A stretch of 51,474 nt of DNA from a virus. Its lineage: Duplodnaviria; Caudoviricetes. A program made the position numbers and the translations under genes. Numbering within the stretch: position 1 is the stretch's first letter; the number at the start of each line of letters is the position of its first letter. Where the stretch lies: positions 1 through 51,474 of IMG/VR virus record IMGVR_UViG_3300024344_000022; one strand, given 5' to 3'. The notes beneath the pieces were generated by a model. The model had not been told where the DNA came from and did no database searches. It saw only the letters and a list, made by a program, of their open reading frames with translations. Below are positions 43,772-51,474 of this stretch, piece by piece.

Positions 43772-45270
43772 TATTCTATACCCGTGTTGCGTTCGCGTGT
43801 ATTTCCAATAGGCTTGTATTGGAGGTTTGCACGTCGAACAGTAAATGGTTCATCTAAGTTGAAGTTGGAAAAGCGCAGCATAGTTCGTGGATCGTAACCA
43901 AATAAATCCGAATCCTGAGTTAGTGCAGATACGTCCGACTCTAATAATGACGAGTCCAAAACAAACGAACTGTCCAGCAGACTACCTACGTTACCCATTG
44001 TGATAGTTTCTGTGTTGGAAACAATACCGGCAGCAATCTGCGATATACTGAGATCAAACGCTCCAGTATTATCAAACAGCGTCCGGTTATACAGCCAGCG
44101 ACATGATACTGCATCACCGCGTGGAGCTATTGAGGCCGTTTCAAAATAAGCCTTGATAGCACTTCCATCGTCGTTCGTTCCGCTATCGTGTTTATTGATG
44201 CGCCCGGCAAAGTCACCGGCATGTGGCAAGTCGTCGATAAGCGCTGCACTGTCACGGGTAAAATTATTATACGGGCCAAACCACGCATTAAGTCGTGCAG
44301 AGTAAATCACCACACTGTTCATTGTCGTTTGCGATGCACCATACGGTAAGAAAAACCAGACTTGTTCCTGTGCAGGGTAATACATAGCAAACGAATACGG
44401 CAAACGAGCTACATTTAGTTCGCTCCAATATCTGTCATCCAGTGCCAAAGAAATCTTCTCAACACTTGCACCGCCTGACCATTGGTAGATGCCATCGTTA
44501 CGCACAAACAACTGACGCTCACCAGGAACCGTAACAATACTTTTGCCGGCTACGGTTCCGCGTTGCGTTCGCTGTTGTTGCTGAAAAGGTATCGTTGCGT
44601 TACCCGTAGGCGTAAGTGTATGAATGCCCTGCTCTGTGTGGATAGATAAATAGTTTTGGAATGGGCGTAACCCGGTAATGTCAAAACCTACGCTGTTAAA
44701 ACTGAGTGAACCCCACGTTTCGATGTCACCGGCATCGCTTCGCCATAAACGATCTGCGGCTCCGTTTATGTTGCCAACCCATGCACGATTTTCCCAAAAG
44801 GTTACCCATTTAGGTTTGGTGAATCGAGAGCTATCGTCGAGTGTTGCTGCGTTGCTCGTTCCACCTGCCCACTTGATACCGTCTGTGTCCTGACCGTTTA
44901 CCGCAATCAATGTGCTACCGGCCAATACCCAATCCCACGTATAGTCATTGCCGGCAGTTATGGTCACGCTACCTGTTCGATCTGTTGCCGTTCCACCTGT
45001 AACATCAAAAAACTTATCACCGCAAAAAGCGAAAACCTTTTCTGTTCCGGCTAATACAACCTGACCACATGCAGTTACCGTAGCACCGCTGTTCATTGCA
45101 CTTGCATTATACTTTGCAAACCCGTTCCGCTTGGCTACCTCACCGGCCAACCCAACCGTGCAGTTTTCCATTTCAAACAGACCGTCCGGTGGCATGTCTT
45201 CAGCCGGTAAGCTGTAGTTTACCCCACTTCTCCAGGGGCCAAGACGTAACGATTCAGCGGTTATCGGCAT
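43771..45270 (-). CDS. Tail nozzle / head-closure protein, copy B
   Basis: Close homolog of 9121-10623. Confidence 0.7.
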   Translation of the reverse strand: MPITAESLRLGPWRSGVNYSLPAEDMPPDGLFEMENCTVGLAGEVAKRNGFAKYNASAMNSGATVTACGQVVLAGTEKVFAFCGDKFFDVTGGTATDRTGSVTITAGNDYTWDWVLAGSTLIAVNGQDTDGIKWAGGTSNAATLDDSSRFTKPKWVTFWENRAWVGNINGAADRLWRSDAGDIETWGSLSFNSVGFDITGLRPFQNYLSIHTEQGIHTLTPTGNATIPFQQQQRTQRGTVAGKSIVTVPGERQLFVRNDGIYQWSGGASVEKISLALDDRYWSELNVARLPYSFAMYYPAQEQVWFFLPYGASQTTMNSVVIYSARLNAWFGPYNNFTRDSAALIDDLPHAGDFAGRINKHDSGTNDDGSAIKAYFETASIAPRGDAVSCRWLYNRTLFDNTGAFDLSISQIAAGIVSNTETITMGNVGSLLDSSFVLDSSLLESDVSALTQDSDLFGYDPRTMLRFSNFNLDEPFTVRRANLQYKPIGNTRERNTGIE

Positions 45271-45968
45271 CAGCTTAACGATCCTTCAGTAGGCGTAAAA
45301 GAAAACTTGTTGCTGTAGCTCTCATCTGCTCTACGCATACGGTATGAACGGTTACCCTGCACGTTCATGTTTTGCCGACCTGCAATAGCAATTACGCGCT
45401 CCATCTCCTGTTTGTCCGACATTGCGCCCTGATCGTCACCTTTCTCTTGCTTATATAATGCAGAGATGCCGTGTATAAGTGCCGGCTGACATACAGGTGC
45501 TACATACGGATTTATGGAGTCGCTATCTTCAGATTCTGTAAACGTGGGTATGGACGAGTAGTAGCGATACGCAATCGTGTCTACGCCGTCCGGCTCCGGA
45601 TACAACGTGACTTCAATGTTACCGCTAGAGTCTACGCCATCAATAGCAACCCATCGCGGATCGCCATTTATACTGGCATCCGGATCAGCCGCATCAATGT
45701 CTTGCGTAGACATGATAAGAATGACGTGATCTTCGGTAGTGTTGCGAAACGACAACGGAGCCACTACGTCACTGGCCAGCGAATACGTACGAGTGCCGTT
45801 TACTGTATTAAAAGTTGAACCTTTGAACAGCCAGTTCCATTTTTCACGCGAAGCTATATCCTGAGTGACCAGATTTAAATAGTCACGCGCCCCGTCTTTA
45901 AATGTCGAACTACCTGTATTCAGACCAACCCTTCTAAGGGCAATCTGAATGATCTGCAAATTTGTCAT
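45270..45968 (-). CDS. Head-tail adaptor, copy B
   Basis: Close homolog of 10623-11321. Confidence 0.75.
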   Translation of the reverse strand: MTNLQIIQIALRRVGLNTGSSTFKDGARDYLNLVTQDIASREKWNWLFKGSTFNTVNGTRTYSLASDVVAPLSFRNTTEDHVILIMSTQDIDAADPDASINGDPRWVAIDGVDSSGNIEVTLYPEPDGVDTIAYRYYSSIPTFTESEDSDSINPYVAPVCQPALIHGISALYKQEKGDDQGAMSDKQEMERVIAIAGRQNMNVQGNRSYRMRRADESYSNKFSFTPTEGSLS

Positions 45969-45975
45969 GCTAACC

Positions 45976-46203
45976 CTATATCAAGTTAGCCCATGCTCCA
46001 TTTTCATACCCTTGAAACTTGTTGTCCGTAGAGTTGTAGATCAGCATTCCGTTTGCTGCGGTCAGTGCGTTGCGTTCGGTTGTTGTTAAACTTGCAACCG
46101 TTAACGTATCTGACAATTTTACGGTGTCTGCCTCTACTGCTCCAATCAACGCAGAATCGCCAAAGAAACTGGCCGCGTTGACTTGTCCAAAAGTTTCTGA
46201 CAT
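45976..46203 (-). CDS. Small virion protein, copy B
   Basis: Homolog of 11331-11558. Confidence 0.6.
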   Translation of the reverse strand: MSETFGQVNAASFFGDSALIGAVEADTVKLSDTLTVASLTTTERNALTAANGMLIYNSTDNKFQGYENGAWANLI

Positions 46204-46626
46204 CTATTGATGCGCCGTAGCTGCAATCTGATCTAAATCGTATTCAGACAAGTTGTCGCCGTTGTTGTCCAACCAGCGGTCTTGCCAAATGCGTACGGCT
46301 TCCTCGCCACGATCTTTAATACGCGACGGTGGATCGGGTACGAATCCTGGTGCATGAGTTACTTCTCCAACAGCACGAACATGGTTGCGCACTTGGCTGT
46401 TGGTTACCGGTGACTTGCGCTGACGAGTGTGCGTTTTATCCAGGTCGAGCGCCTTGCGAATTGCGTTTTTTGTTTCATCAGACCCCTTCAAAATGAGGTC
46501 AGCAATTTGATCTGGCGTGACACTGGCTGTCGGTGCTTCAACAGGTGTAGCATCTTGCACTACTTCGGCCAACTGTTCCGGCAGGGTATGCTCTTGCGTT
46601 TTTGCTGTAGGCATACGTTTTGCCAT
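46204..46626 (-). CDS. Conserved hypothetical protein, copy B
   Basis: Homolog of 11559-11978. Confidence 0.8.
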   Translation of the reverse strand: MAKRMPTAKTQEHTLPEQLAEVVQDATPVEAPTASVTPDQIADLILKGSDETKNAIRKALDLDKTHTRQRKSPVTNSQVRNHVRAVGEVTHAPGFVPDPPSRIKDRGEEAVRIWQDRWLDNNGDNLSEYDLDQIAATAHQ

Positions 46627-46647
46627 TTGTAATCTCTTTCGTTAATA

Positions 46648-46698
46648 CGTGCGACGATGGGCTGGAGGTATCACATTGTGAGAACCCACCGCCACACG
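46648..46698 (-). terminator. Hairpin/terminator after decoration gene, copy B
   Basis: 16-bp stem cgtgtggcggtgggtt/agcccatcgtcgcacg; weak U-tail. Confidence 0.55.
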
Positions 46699-46711
46699 AA
46701 AAGTGAACTGC

Positions 46712-47500
46712 TTATCTGCTGATACCCTGCAATACAACACCCACATGTCCAGTGGTGTCGGGTGCAAATGTGGCAAAACCGACCAGCGGTTCTGTCTCTG
46801 CATCCTTTGCATGTACCGCACCGGCTACGCCATCAGACAAGGTTAGGTTTTGTCCAATAGCTATGGTTCCATCCGCTAAGATGGTTGATACACCAGCGGT
46901 CTGAATCCAACCGTAATAACCCGACTGCATCACTCGCGCTGTAACGCCAGAAATGACGTAATCAGTTGCTGCGGTTGATGCAACAACTTGGTTATACAGG
47001 TTACCCGTAATCGCAACATCAGTAGCCGTAGTTACTGCGACAACCAGCCCGTCATACAGGGTGAATGTCACCGCGTTGCTACTGGCTGCCGTGTTAGATT
47101 TGATACGGTAGGTGTAACCTTCTGATGCATCGTCTGTAGTATGCAAGTATCCACCGGCATACTGGTTAGCAGTTGCCGACCCTAAAGTTCCGCTATCGGT
47201 CAAAATAACTTCTGTTGCACCGATTGCTGCTGCGGTTGCTTTATTGTCAACTTCTACAACGGCTGTAGCAGATAAATCTTGCGACACCAACACACCGGCT
47301 GCTGTAGCACCGGCAAAACTTCCGTAACGAAATACTCGACCGTCTTCAAACTCACGCTTGGTTCCGATAGGATATTCCTGTGTTGATGACTCTTCGTAGA
47401 TTCCTTGTGGTGATCCACCGGTTGCACCGGCAATCGACCCTAACGAATCTGTTGTTGCATTGTTATAACCTGTTCCCAGGTCTTGCGCTCCACTTGGCAT
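46712..47500 (-). CDS. Putative capsid decoration protein, copy B (262 aa)
   Basis: Homolog of 12048-12794 with a different N-terminus. Confidence 0.6.
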   Translation of the reverse strand: MPSGAQDLGTGYNNATTDSLGSIAGATGGSPQGIYEESSTQEYPIGTKREFEDGRVFRYGSFAGATAAGVLVSQDLSATAVVEVDNKATAAAIGATEVILTDSGTLGSATANQYAGGYLHTTDDASEGYTYRIKSNTAASSNAVTFTLYDGLVVAVTTATDVAITGNLYNQVVASTAATDYVISGVTARVMQSGYYGWIQTAGVSTILADGTIAIGQNLTLSDGVAGAVHAKDAETEPLVGFATFAPDTTGHVGVVLQGISR

Positions 47501-47515
47501 TTCTATTTCTCCTTT

Positions 47516-47556
47516 GCCTTTTTGCTCGGCTCAAAAGACGCATTGGCTTGCGTCTT
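47516..47556 (-). promoter_or_regulatory. Conserved two-hairpin RNA element, copy B
   Basis: aagacgca-AGCCAA-tgcgtctt then gcc-gagcaaaaa-ggc just before the AAGGAG SD. Confidence 0.7.
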
Positions 47557-47567
47557 GGAATTGTTTA

Positions 47568-48554
47568 TTAACTGATACCTGTAATTACACCCTGACGACG
47601 ACGATTCGAGGTAACTAGGTTTAAACCCACAGTGATAAAGGCGACCTTCGCCATTTGATTTGCATTTTCGCGGAATGGAGTCTTGCTAAAATTCATACCT
47701 GACTGCATGTGCATCTTCAAGTAATTGGTATTGAAGAAATACATACGACCCGATCCGCAGTCACGGTCATACTGCACCGGAATACCACGAAACGACGGCA
47801 AACGGCCATCTACACCCGGCGAATCGTTACCCGAAAGACGCTGATAACCCGTGCCTTCAAATATCTCTTCAAACTGTGCGTAAATAGAATTTGTCGTGAA
47901 GATATTGGTTGGCTGTTCATTGCCTTCGGATGTTGCATTCCAAAGACTTGCCATCCGCAACATACCTTCGTAAAAGTTTGTTCCGGTAATCGTTCTAAAC
48001 GATGTATCACCAGACGCATCTTCCGTTTTGTTTTTCCACCATGAATTACCGGACACCGTGATACCGCCCAACGTAGTTGGAGTCGTTCCCGGTGCATCAG
48101 CAATAATGTCTTGGAATCCTAACGGAGCCTTACCGGTCTGAGCAGAATACAACGAGGCATTAATCTGATCGCGCAACGTAAGCATGGACTGACGAGTCTT
48201 TGCTTCCAAAAGCGACATAACAGCTTCGCGTTTACGGTTCTCTTGTTCTTCGGTAAAGTTGATCGTAATAGGCACTGCGGCGTACCGGAACGGATAGAAC
48301 GCGGCTGTGATTCCATCGACCGCATCTGTGTTAAGTACGTCATAGCCTGAGAAATATTGCGCTGAGTTACCGGCATACAAAATGTCTGCCTGTATCTCTT
48401 TGCCACCGTTGTCTGTAACTAATGCTCCACCTTTACGAAACATGTCTAAAGTTGGGTATGCGTCAAAGAAGTTATCGGTCAACTCTTTGCGCTTGGCCCG
48501 CATAGTTAAAGTCCACGCGGCATCGAAAACTGAAGTACGTGATGTTGCTGCCAT
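47568..48554 (-). CDS. Major capsid protein, copy B (328 aa)
   Basis: About 20 substitutions (counted by eye) relative to 12863-13849. Confidence 0.85.
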   Translation of the reverse strand: MAATSRTSVFDAAWTLTMRAKRKELTDNFFDAYPTLDMFRKGGALVTDNGGKEIQADILYAGNSAQYFSGYDVLNTDAVDGITAAFYPFRYAAVPITINFTEEQENRKREAVMSLLEAKTRQSMLTLRDQINASLYSAQTGKAPLGFQDIIADAPGTTPTTLGGITVSGNSWWKNKTEDASGDTSFRTITGTNFYEGMLRMASLWNATSEGNEQPTNIFTTNSIYAQFEEIFEGTGYQRLSGNDSPGVDGRLPSFRGIPVQYDRDCGSGRMYFFNTNYLKMHMQSGMNFSKTPFRENANQMAKVAFITVGLNLVTSNRRRQGVITGIS

Positions 48555-48567
48555 AATCTATTTTTCC

Positions 48568-49437
48568 TTATTCAAAACCCAATTTGGATAACCCTGATAA
48601 AACATCAGAATCTGTTAATGGGCCGTCACTTTCCGTTGCATCAACACCTTGCGTTCCACGCACTGCACGTTTTGAGGACTTACGTGCTGACGTATCGCTG
48701 TTACGCAAATCGGCTGCCTTTTGAGCAGTGATACCTGCGTGTAGCTCATACGCCTCTTTCACCGTATACGGGTTACCCGTCGTCGGGTTAGCGATCTTGG
48801 TCGTAGCAACAATTTGATCGGTATACGCATCTAAATCATTGCCATACGCCTGTCGCGCATCACCCACCTGCGTGGCAATATGCGCGGTCTGCTGACCCTG
48901 CACGTAATTGTTGGCCGTAGCCAACTGTTGCTGTAACTGCTGCACCTGACTGTTCAGATCGTTTACTGCATTGCCTACCCTATGTTTAATGATCTGCTCT
49001 ACGGCATCTACACCGCGAGCTTCATCTTCAGAAAGGTTGGCTCTCATTGCATCAACCGGATCTTGCTGCTGCTGTTGGGGTGTAACGAGGGTTTGCACCC
49101 TGTTGGCCCATTCGCCCTGTTGTGCTTCGATCTGTCGGCGCTGCTCTGCTAAGTCCTGTTGCGTACGCGTGAATTGCGCTTGCATGTTTTTTGCGAGCGG
49201 AACTAACGGCTGATACTGCTCCGGCACATTGTCTGCGTTACCGCGTAACCAATCGTGCCGTTCCGGGTCAAAATCTGACTGTGCATCAGAGTGTCCAGAT
49301 GTTTCCGACGGTGCTTCATTGGGTGTGTCATCTGTGAAAAAATCAAGTGATGATTCAGTTGACTCTTCACTGGATGAACCCTCTGAAGGTGACGTGTCTT
49401 CCGCACCGGAGTCCAAAGCGAGTGCTGATTCGGACAT
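48568..49437 (-). CDS. Scaffolding protein, copy B
   Basis: Homolog of 13863-14732. Confidence 0.75.
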   Translation of the reverse strand: MSESALALDSGAEDTSPSEGSSSEESTESSLDFFTDDTPNEAPSETSGHSDAQSDFDPERHDWLRGNADNVPEQYQPLVPLAKNMQAQFTRTQQDLAEQRRQIEAQQGEWANRVQTLVTPQQQQQDPVDAMRANLSEDEARGVDAVEQIIKHRVGNAVNDLNSQVQQLQQQLATANNYVQGQQTAHIATQVGDARQAYGNDLDAYTDQIVATTKIANPTTGNPYTVKEAYELHAGITAQKAADLRNSDTSARKSSKRAVRGTQGVDATESDGPLTDSDVLSGLSKLGFE

Positions 49438-49839
49438 CTAATCTGCTCCTTCGTTAAATCTCTTCTCTGCCAGAGCCACTGCTTCTTCGGGTGTGTTACC
49501 AAAAGAAGGCGTTGGGGTATCTGTTGGAGTTGAGTCTGTTACATTGGAGTTTATATGACATCGAGAACCACCAACTGCATCGGCACTCTCTGTCACGTTG
49601 TATTTTTTTAACAATTCCTGTTTATGGCTGTAGCTCTCTACCACTTCACCAAAGCCAGCGTGAAACTTGCCATACATATTGCTGTGTGAGTTATGTATGA
49701 AGTTGCTCTTGATAAACAACATGGCTGCACGTTTGTCGCACTGGTCGCATTTAATCGTGCGCCTGACTTTGCTTGAGTCGTTGGCTACGTCAATCTGACG
49801 ATGCCCGTCTTCGCATTCGTAATCGTGAAATACCAGCAT
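49438..49839 (-). CDS. FmdB-like zinc-ribbon protein, copy B
   Basis: Homolog of 14736-15134. Confidence 0.65.
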   Translation of the reverse strand: MLVFHDYECEDGHRQIDVANDSSKVRRTIKCDQCDKRAAMLFIKSNFIHNSHSNMYGKFHAGFGEVVESYSHKQELLKKYNVTESADAVGGSRCHINSNVTDSTPTDTPTPSFGNTPEEAVALAEKRFNEGAD

Positions 49840-51474
49840 TATCCTTGACCCGGTGCGTTCTGTACGGCCTGACTAACTTCTTGTGCCTGACTGCGTACGA
49901 GTGATAAAATGTTTCCTTCTGCTACGCCGGCGTTACTGCCACCTCCACCGGCTGCTTGCGGTGCTTGACCTTGCGCCATCTGGTTTAGCATTTGTTGATG
50001 TTGCTGTATGTGGTTTTGCACCACGCCCATAACCTGTTGCTGTTGTTGTGGCAGTAGTTGCTGGAACTGTGGAAGTTGCTGTATCTGTTGGTGGATTTGT
50101 ATGTGCATCTGGTGATTCTCGTTTGGCGTGACACCCGGATCGCCACCGTTAATCAGGTAGGCTACGTTTTCCAGTTGTGCCGCTTTCAACGTGTCACCGT
50201 CTTCTGCATCACCTAAATATTTATCAGGATCTTGAACACGAAACGATGCCAACAATGACTTGATTGCTTCGATGCGGTTTATTTCTGGCAAGTTAATTGT
50301 CATGTTGAAAAGCTGTAGAGCGTCCTGACGTTCAAGTTGTTCCGTCAACGGCTGCATACTACCGGCTTCGATGTCAATCTTGTAACGTATCCGTAAAATG
50401 TCAGCGGTCACCGCCTCGTATACCGGATCTTCGGTATCTCTTGCTACGTTGACTAAGAAGTCATCGGGTAAATATCTTTCATCGGCCATCATACGTAACG
50501 AGTTGCGAACAACAGCACGGTAGCAATCGGCTACGCGCAACTGCATCCATTCGCGGTTGACCTGAGCAAAACTTGCAGACAAAGAGGCTTGCGTGGCTGT
50601 GACTTTCGGCCCACCGCCCATCGCCATCTGCGATACGTTTAAACTTTGTTCCTCGTAGCTTTGTGCATCCGACTCCAGACCCAACTGATCCGGTGGAGGG
50701 TTGCCAAAGTTCATTTCGCGCATCGAAGTGCTTGGATCTTCCACCCAGATGATCTCACCGTCACGACCGCCTTCTAACGTATCACCAATGTCCTGGTTGG
50801 CTTCGCGTTCACGGCGCGAGGCTAAGACCACGCGCTGGAATCTTTTTAACAAATCGGCTCTGCGTGATACGGATTCGACAATGAGTGACTGCGTGTCCTC
50901 GACATACGCCATTGGCGGTTCGCCGTAAAACGAGCGTTCGGTCTGGTCAAACCGCAGTGCGTGGTATGGAAAGCCACCGTCCATCAGATAGCCACCAGCC
51001 GGTTCAAACTCACCCGTCATACGTTCTTCGCCGGTGAACGGATCGGTTTCTGTAATAGGGTTCATTGCAAGAAACGGATGATCGACTTCTTCAATCGGAT
51101 CGGTGACCCCTTCGGCAAATGTGATGCGCTTTTTGTGCAAGCGGTCATGGATTTCATACAGGCAAACCATCTGACCCTGCTTGGAATGCTGCACCGCGTC
51201 ATACTCGTCAGAATGTTCTGCATCTTGCATGTCATAAATAAAAGCGTCGGCCTGATCGTCATCGGACATCGCCTCTATCTGCCTACGGTTTACAAAACGG
51301 TCATCCTCTTTCACAAACTCTAAAGGCACCATCATCTTTTCGATGATATACCGTGCGCCTGACAATTTGTGCGGAGGACATAACGGATCGACGTAGACGT
51401 TAAACGGCGACACCCGATGCACATACGGAAAGTCGTTTTCCTGAGCATCGTTAATCGTGTATGGTGCAACGATG
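49839..51474 (-). CDS. Portal protein, copy B (5'-truncated by the window end)
   Basis: Homolog of 15862-17904; frame is open to the window end. Confidence 0.85.
   Translation of the reverse strand, partial: IVAPYTINDAQENDFPYVHRVSPFNVYVDPLCPPHKLSGARYIIEKMMVPLEFVKEDDRFVNRRQIEAMSDDDQADAFIYDMQDAEHSDEYDAVQHSKQGQMVCLYEIHDRLHKKRITFAEGVTDPIEEVDHPFLAMNPITETDPFTGEERMTGEFEPAGGYLMDGGFPYHALRFDQTERSFYGEPPMAYVEDTQSLIVESVSRRADLLKRFQRVVLASRREREANQDIGDTLEGGRDGEIIWVEDPSTSMREMNFGNPPPDQLGLESDAQSYEEQSLNVSQMAMGGGPKVTATQASLSASFAQVNREWMQLRVADCYRAVVRNSLRMMADERYLPDDFLVNVARDTEDPVYEAVTADILRIRYKIDIEAGSMQPLTEQLERQDALQLFNMTINLPEINRIEAIKSLLASFRVQDPDKYLGDAEDGDTLKAAQLENVAYLINGGDPGVTPNENHQMHIQIHQQIQQLPQFQQLLPQQQQQVMGVVQNHIQQHQQMLNQMAQGQAPQAAGGGGSNAGVAEGNILSLVRSQAQEVSQAVQNAPGQG

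Larger units (their letters stand above)
1..51474. mobile_element. Tailed bacteriophage sequence (podovirus-like, possibly temperate); one probable ~35.5 kb genome plus a second diverged structural module
   Basis: Terminase, portal, capsid, adaptor/nozzle, tail fibre with S74 chaperone, tyrosine recombinase; tightly coupled genes (TAATG/ATGA overlaps); no host housekeeping genes. Confidence 0.95.
35482..51474. repeat. Copy B of the structural operon
   Basis: Colinear homolog of 1-17494; differences in core genes appear mostly synonymous. Confidence 0.95.

Overview
The whole window is tailed-phage DNA with no host genes. Its gene content is podovirus-like (P22/T7-style short tail, no sheath or tape-measure gene), and it may be temperate. 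It carries two diverged, intact copies of the virion-morphogenesis operon on the minus strand: copy A at 1-17904 and copy B at 34601/35482-51474, the latter truncated inside the portal gene. Each runs portal, Zn-ribbon protein, scaffold, major capsid, decoration protein, adaptor, nozzle, four ejection-type proteins, tail fibre. Between them is one single-copy block: terminase subunits, an M15 peptidase, about 1 kb of non-coding DNA, an early region (two-frame C5 methyltransferase, tyrosine recombinase, HTH regulators, RusA) and a lysis/basic-protein cluster. Positions 1-127 are exactly identical to 35482-35608, so 1-35481 closes into an in-frame circle of about 35.5 kb. The simplest reading is a complete genome plus an assembler-joined branch from a sister phage, although a real dual-module genome cannot be excluded. 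The most notable signals are: (1) the A/B pair with conserved shells but hypervariable ejection proteins; (2) a promoter-driven, multi-stem non-coding RNA candidate at about 20560-20880; (3) a covarying RNA hairpin element after the capsid gene; (4) an internally permuted gp88-like protein; (5) an overprinted two-subunit methyltransferase; (6) no recognisable replication enzymes, but an iteron-like array and host-replisome-binding peptide motifs. All functional calls come from motif recognition and synteny by eye, with no database searches.
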